Virus record (IMG/VR): IMGVR_UViG_3300032050_000032
Reading direction: 5' to 3' (one strand)
Length of the DNA stretch: 64,000 nucleotides
Source of the DNA: an uncultured virus (IMG/VR IMGVR_UViG_3300032050_000032)
Taxonomy: Duplodnaviria > Heunggongvirae > Uroviricota > Caudoviricetes
This document shows, piece after piece, positions 60,284-64,000 of this stretch; position 1 is the stretch's first letter, and each line of letters begins with the position of its first letter. The notes under the pieces are model-generated. The model worked only from the letters and a program-made list of their open reading frames with translations. It was not told the DNA's origin and did no database searches. Both the position numbers and the translations under genes were made by a program.

Positions 60284-61633
60284 TTATAAACCTAATTTTG
60301 ATAAGGCATCGTCATCCTCCTCATCTTCTTCGTTATCACCACCTTTATATTTCTGATAGTCCGATTTTGCCCTTCTAAGGATGTCCTCAAAAGTTCGTTT
60401 TACTTTATTATTATCTTCTTCTCTTTCAGAAACAACATTTGACATAATTTCTTTTAAGAATCTATCTGCAGGAATACCATAAAGAATTCTCTCAAAGAAA
60501 GGAATATAAATTTTACTTCTTTCATCTAAGACTAATTCATCAGGTAATAAAGTTCTTAATTTTCTAACAAGTTCTGCACCAACTCTAAATTGCATTGGTT
60601 CATTAGAAAATACATCTGTCTTACCCATAATATCTTGAGCCATTCCTGGATCCATACCTCTCCATTGTTCTCTTGATGCAACAGAACCAAAACCTTTAAT
60701 TAATTCGTGTAATAAAATTGGGAATATTATACCGTTTGCTACTACAACATCCATACCTTCACCTTCTTCACCACCTTCATCATCTTCGTCTTCACTCTCA
60801 ACACCAGATGAACCAGCGGCATTTCCTCCCATCATCTCAATCAAATCTTCTTGAGTAAAATACATTAAGTCATTTGCAGACATAATCTTATTGTATAATG
60901 AATATAATCTTGGATCAATCTCGTCTAACCTATTTTTAAATGCTTGATACGAAAATTGTCCTCTTTTACCTTTACCTTGAATCAATGCGTTAATAACATG
61001 CCTCTTTTCAATTTCAAGTTGTCTTTGTTCTTCCGGTGTCAACTCGTCAATATCAAATGAAAAATCTGAAGGAATTTGTAATTTAGGTAAATCCTTTTCC
61101 TTCATTTGGAATTGACTTGGGTTAATTTTTTTCTCATTTAAAAATGCGTCAACATTAATAAACTCAAATCCGTATCTAGTTCCTGCACCTTGGATTGGTG
61201 ACTTACTGATGTCACCATTTTCTATCGCTTCATTTATAGTTAATGAATAATCCATCCATCCTTCTTCTTTCGCCGCAATTTCTACCGCCAAATCTTTTAA
61301 CTCATCTTTATGCGATGACTCTATAACCATTGATTGTTGAACCGCTCTCATTTGTTCCATCATAATAGATCTCATCACATGAGGGTCAGTTATGTTTTCT
61401 TGAGTACTAAAATATCTTTTTACATAATCAACAATCTCTTTAAATCTTGTCCCTGCAATTTTCTCAACATCAGAAACACCACCTTTAAAAGCTCTGTTCT
61501 TAGCGTAAATGTTCTCAGGATCTTCAATTCTTCTTTGAGTTTTTGGATCCATTCTTTCAGGATAATCACCATAATCAATTGGTGCTTCTTTAATTATTTT
61601 CCTGATTAATCTTTCTAAGTCTTTATCTACCAT
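60284..61633 (-). CDS. Hypothetical protein with HELxKG motif
   Basis: 449 aa; N-terminal LIRKIIKEA; FPILLHELIKG; acidic C-terminus. Confidence 0.7.
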   Translation of the reverse strand: MVDKDLERLIRKIIKEAPIDYGDYPERMDPKTQRRIEDPENIYAKNRAFKGGVSDVEKIAGTRFKEIVDYVKRYFSTQENITDPHVMRSIMMEQMRAVQQSMVIESSHKDELKDLAVEIAAKEEGWMDYSLTINEAIENGDISKSPIQGAGTRYGFEFINVDAFLNEKKINPSQFQMKEKDLPKLQIPSDFSFDIDELTPEEQRQLEIEKRHVINALIQGKGKRGQFSYQAFKNRLDEIDPRLYSLYNKIMSANDLMYFTQEDLIEMMGGNAAGSSGVESEDEDDEGGEEGEGMDVVVANGIIFPILLHELIKGFGSVASREQWRGMDPGMAQDIMGKTDVFSNEPMQFRVGAELVRKLRTLLPDELVLDERSKIYIPFFERILYGIPADRFLKEIMSNVVSEREEDNNKVKRTFEDILRRAKSDYQKYKGGDNEEDEEDDDALSKLGL

Positions 61634-61637
61634 CTTA

Positions 61638-62474
61638 TTATTTTAACGCTTGTTTTATCTGACCCATAAAAGTCATTTTAACATCCTCTTTATTACCACC
61701 TCTTGGACTTTCTTTTACACCAGGATTTGGGTTTTTAAAAGGGTTACCTCTTCTTTTTGGTGGATTCTTTGTTCCAGGTTCTTTTTCTTTTGTTCTTTCT
61801 TTCTCTTTTGTTCCTTGTTCGTCCATTGGTGATTTACCCACTGAAAATACTTTACCGATTGGTTTATCCATTTTTTTCATTTCTATTCCTGATTCATCAG
61901 AGAACATAGACATTTTTTTTGGATTCCTCAAGATCATGCTTTCAGATCTTTCTTGAATTGTTTTTTTGATTTCACCTTTAGTTAATTTAGGGTTGACATG
62001 GTTATAAACCATCTCAACGATTCTATCCTCAAGAAATTTTTCATAACTTTCTTTTTGAGCCTTCTTTTTATAATCAACCGTTTTTTCAGGATGTTTCTTT
62101 TTTGGGTTTTTTCCATAGTCTTTTTTTGTTGTGTCGTCCGAAAATTCTTTCGCCATATCACACCATTTCTTTTTTTCCTTACCTTTAGATTTATTACATT
62201 TAGCCCAAAATAATCCTTGTTGTGCTTTGGACTCAAATTTTTCTTCCAATTCAACAGATGCGTTAGGATCTGATTTAGTTACCATATTTTGAACCGCTTC
62301 CATATCTTTAGGGTTTTTTAATGGTTGATATACGGTTTTAGTTACCGCCTCTTTAGATTCTTCTTTTTTAAATCTTTCCGCTAAAACTTTAATTTGTTTT
62401 TCCGACATATTTGTTAAAGTGGAAAAATGAATTCCATTTTCCAACAATACAGTAATAGGGTTTTTAGTTCTCAT
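61638..62474 (-). CDS. Lys-rich hypothetical protein, putative head-internal
   Basis: Start MRTKNP (ATG 62474); LEEKFESKAQQ..FWAKC; Pro/Lys-rich tail. Confidence 0.65.
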   Translation of the reverse strand: MRTKNPITVLLENGIHFSTLTNMSEKQIKVLAERFKKEESKEAVTKTVYQPLKNPKDMEAVQNMVTKSDPNASVELEEKFESKAQQGLFWAKCNKSKGKEKKKWCDMAKEFSDDTTKKDYGKNPKKKHPEKTVDYKKKAQKESYEKFLEDRIVEMVYNHVNPKLTKGEIKKTIQERSESMILRNPKKMSMFSDESGIEMKKMDKPIGKVFSVGKSPMDEQGTKEKERTKEKEPGTKNPPKRRGNPFKNPNPGVKESPRGGNKEDVKMTFMGQIKQALK

Positions 62475-62871
62475 ATACCACTTTTTTTTCAAACTCAAGA
62501 ACGATATCTCGTTCATATAATTTATTTTTTACTTCTTCTTCGGTTTGTCCAAATTTGAAGACTAACCTTTTTGTTACTGAGAAATCTAACTCTTCAGTTT
62601 CTTTTTCCCAACCTAACGCAATAACATCGTCAGTCGCGTCTATAAGTGAAAAAACATCGGAATCCTGAATTAATTCCAATGTTATTTCTCCGTTCCTTAA
62701 TACACCAACTTTTTTAACATACTCAATATCTGGAGGAAGTGGGTAACCATTTGCAGGTTTTGATTCCCAATTTTCACCCCAAACTTCTAAGGTATCTGAA
62801 AATATAAATTCATAAATATTATCACCTTTGTAGTTTGGTCCCAAACCATTGATGTATATTAATTTATTCAT
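62464..62871 (-). CDS. Hypothetical phage protein
   Basis: 135 aa; LIYINGLGPNYKG.NIYEFIFS. Confidence 0.7.
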   Translation of the reverse strand: MNKLIYINGLGPNYKGDNIYEFIFSDTLEVWGENWESKPANGYPLPPDIEYVKKVGVLRNGEITLELIQDSDVFSLIDATDDVIALGWEKETEELDFSVTKRLVFKFGQTEEEVKNKLYERDIVLEFEKKVVYEN

Positions 62872-64000
62872 ATAATCGTTCCGTTTGGTGAAATTCTAAA
62901 TTGATTTTCGTTTACTTTGAATATCAAATTTTTCTTATTTGTAATTCCAATTAAACTTGCTTTTTTATTTTCACTCAAAAATTTAACCGCCATTCTTTCT
63001 TGACGAACTGTTTCAGACAATCTTTTAATTTCAGATTTAGTTTCAAGAATATGGTTTCTTAATTCTCTTCTTCTTTTTTCTTCATTTAATTGTTTTTCCT
63101 TATTGTCAATTTCAAAGTATTTTTTAATAATATTATCTACTTTGGATTCTCCAAATGTTCCGTGTGAGAAATGATTTTCATCATCATACATTCTTCTATG
63201 TTTTCTTGCACCTCTCATTGTATAATCATCTTCTTCATCTTCAAAACCCATTTCGTCATCAAATCCAAACTCATCCTCTTCTTCTTCGTCACCGAAATAA
63301 CGACCTCTCATAGTTCCCAACTCTTCATCATCACCATCACCGAACATTTCATCCATACCAGGTAATTTTTTACCTAATGATGACGAATAGGCCCCTTTAA
63401 GTTTATTCATAAACTTATCACCTAAATTTTGCATTTCAGCCATTTCTCCTTCAGCTGGTGGTGGAGGTAATTCTTCACCTTCTTCTCCTTCAGGTGATGG
63501 TTCCATAGGTTCTTCAGTTTCCATACCACCTTCCTCAGGCATTCCTTCTTCATCACCCTCAAAACGAGCAACAATTTCATCAACATCATCTTCATCTAAT
63601 GTTGTTAAGTCTAATGACGACAATATTGAGTTAATAACATATTTAACATCATTCCCATCCATACCTTCTTCATCTTCTTCTCCATTTGATTCAAAGTCAC
63701 GAATTTTTTGTGCTAATTTTCCTGTTAATTTTTGTATTGATTTGAATGTTACTTCTTCTTCATTTTCTTCAGTATCTTCCATGCCCTCATCTTCCATTCC
63801 TTCTTCTGATGGTGGAGGAAGTTCTCCTTCAGGTTCTACAGGAACATCTTCAGGTGCGGGAACAGGTGCCGGAGCGGGTGCTGCAGGTGCCGGAGCGGGT
63901 GCTGCGGGTGCAGGTGCTTGTTCATCAAGTTCATCCATACTGTTTGGATCCATATTTAATTTTTCTGACATATTCTTCTTAAGGTAAAATTTCTTTTCTT
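62868..64000 (-). CDS. Acidic Pro/Ala-rich putative prohead core protein, 5' end outside the window
   Basis: Frame stays open to the window end (..EKKFYLKKNMSEK); PAPA repeats; D/E-rich. Confidence 0.7.
   Translation of the reverse strand, partial: EKKFYLKKNMSEKLNMDPNSMDELDEQAPAPAAPAPAPAAPAPAPVPAPEDVPVEPEGELPPPSEEGMEDEGMEDTEENEEEVTFKSIQKLTGKLAQKIRDFESNGEEDEEGMDGNDVKYVINSILSSLDLTTLDEDDVDEIVARFEGDEEGMPEEGGMETEEPMEPSPEGEEGEELPPPPAEGEMAEMQNLGDKFMNKLKGAYSSSLGKKLPGMDEMFGDGDDEELGTMRGRYFGDEEEEDEFGFDDEMGFEDEEDDYTMRGARKHRRMYDDENHFSHGTFGESKVDNIIKKYFEIDNKEKQLNEEKRRRELRNHILETKSEIKRLSETVRQERMAVKFLSENKKASLIGITNKKNLIFKVNENQFRISPNGTII

Noticed and set aside
1..64000. Stop-codon reassignment
   Set aside because: Core genes are intact under code 11 and TAA, TGA and TAG all terminate genes

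Overview
This AT-rich, gene-dense window is part of a large T4-like (myovirus-type) phage genome in the standard genetic code. No rRNA, tRNA, CRISPR array or IS element was seen. Left (1-17250, minus strand): three long Ser/Thr/Gly/Asn repeat fibre genes interleaved with an Aah/TibC-like heptosyltransferase, two paralogous GT9-like glycosyltransferases, a GT8 and a sulfotransferase. Middle (17303-47659, mostly plus strand): putative virion-internal proteins including a standalone WYL domain, then a ~17 kb glycan biosynthesis island (many GTs, four FkbM-type methyltransferases, gmd, fcl) mixed with exonuclease, dUTPase and phoH. After that come a gp55-like sigma factor, a baseplate spike and Cys-rich structural proteins. 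Right (47660-64000, mostly minus strand): the head module (terminase, portal, prohead protease, scaffold, major capsid protein) carrying ribosomal protein bS21 and a T9SS-cargo-like secreted protein. Several sequence cues point to a Bacteroidota host. The top candidates for something undescribed are (1) a virion-fibre O-glycosylation/sulfation system analogous to AIDA-I/Aah, (2) a TATTTAT late-promoter motif that is the reverse complement of the T4 late promoter core, and (3) a shared '(I/V)xx(I/L)(L/I)xE' helical tag that may mark capsid-packaged, protease-processed proteins. All family assignments are by-eye motif recognition; no database searches were run.
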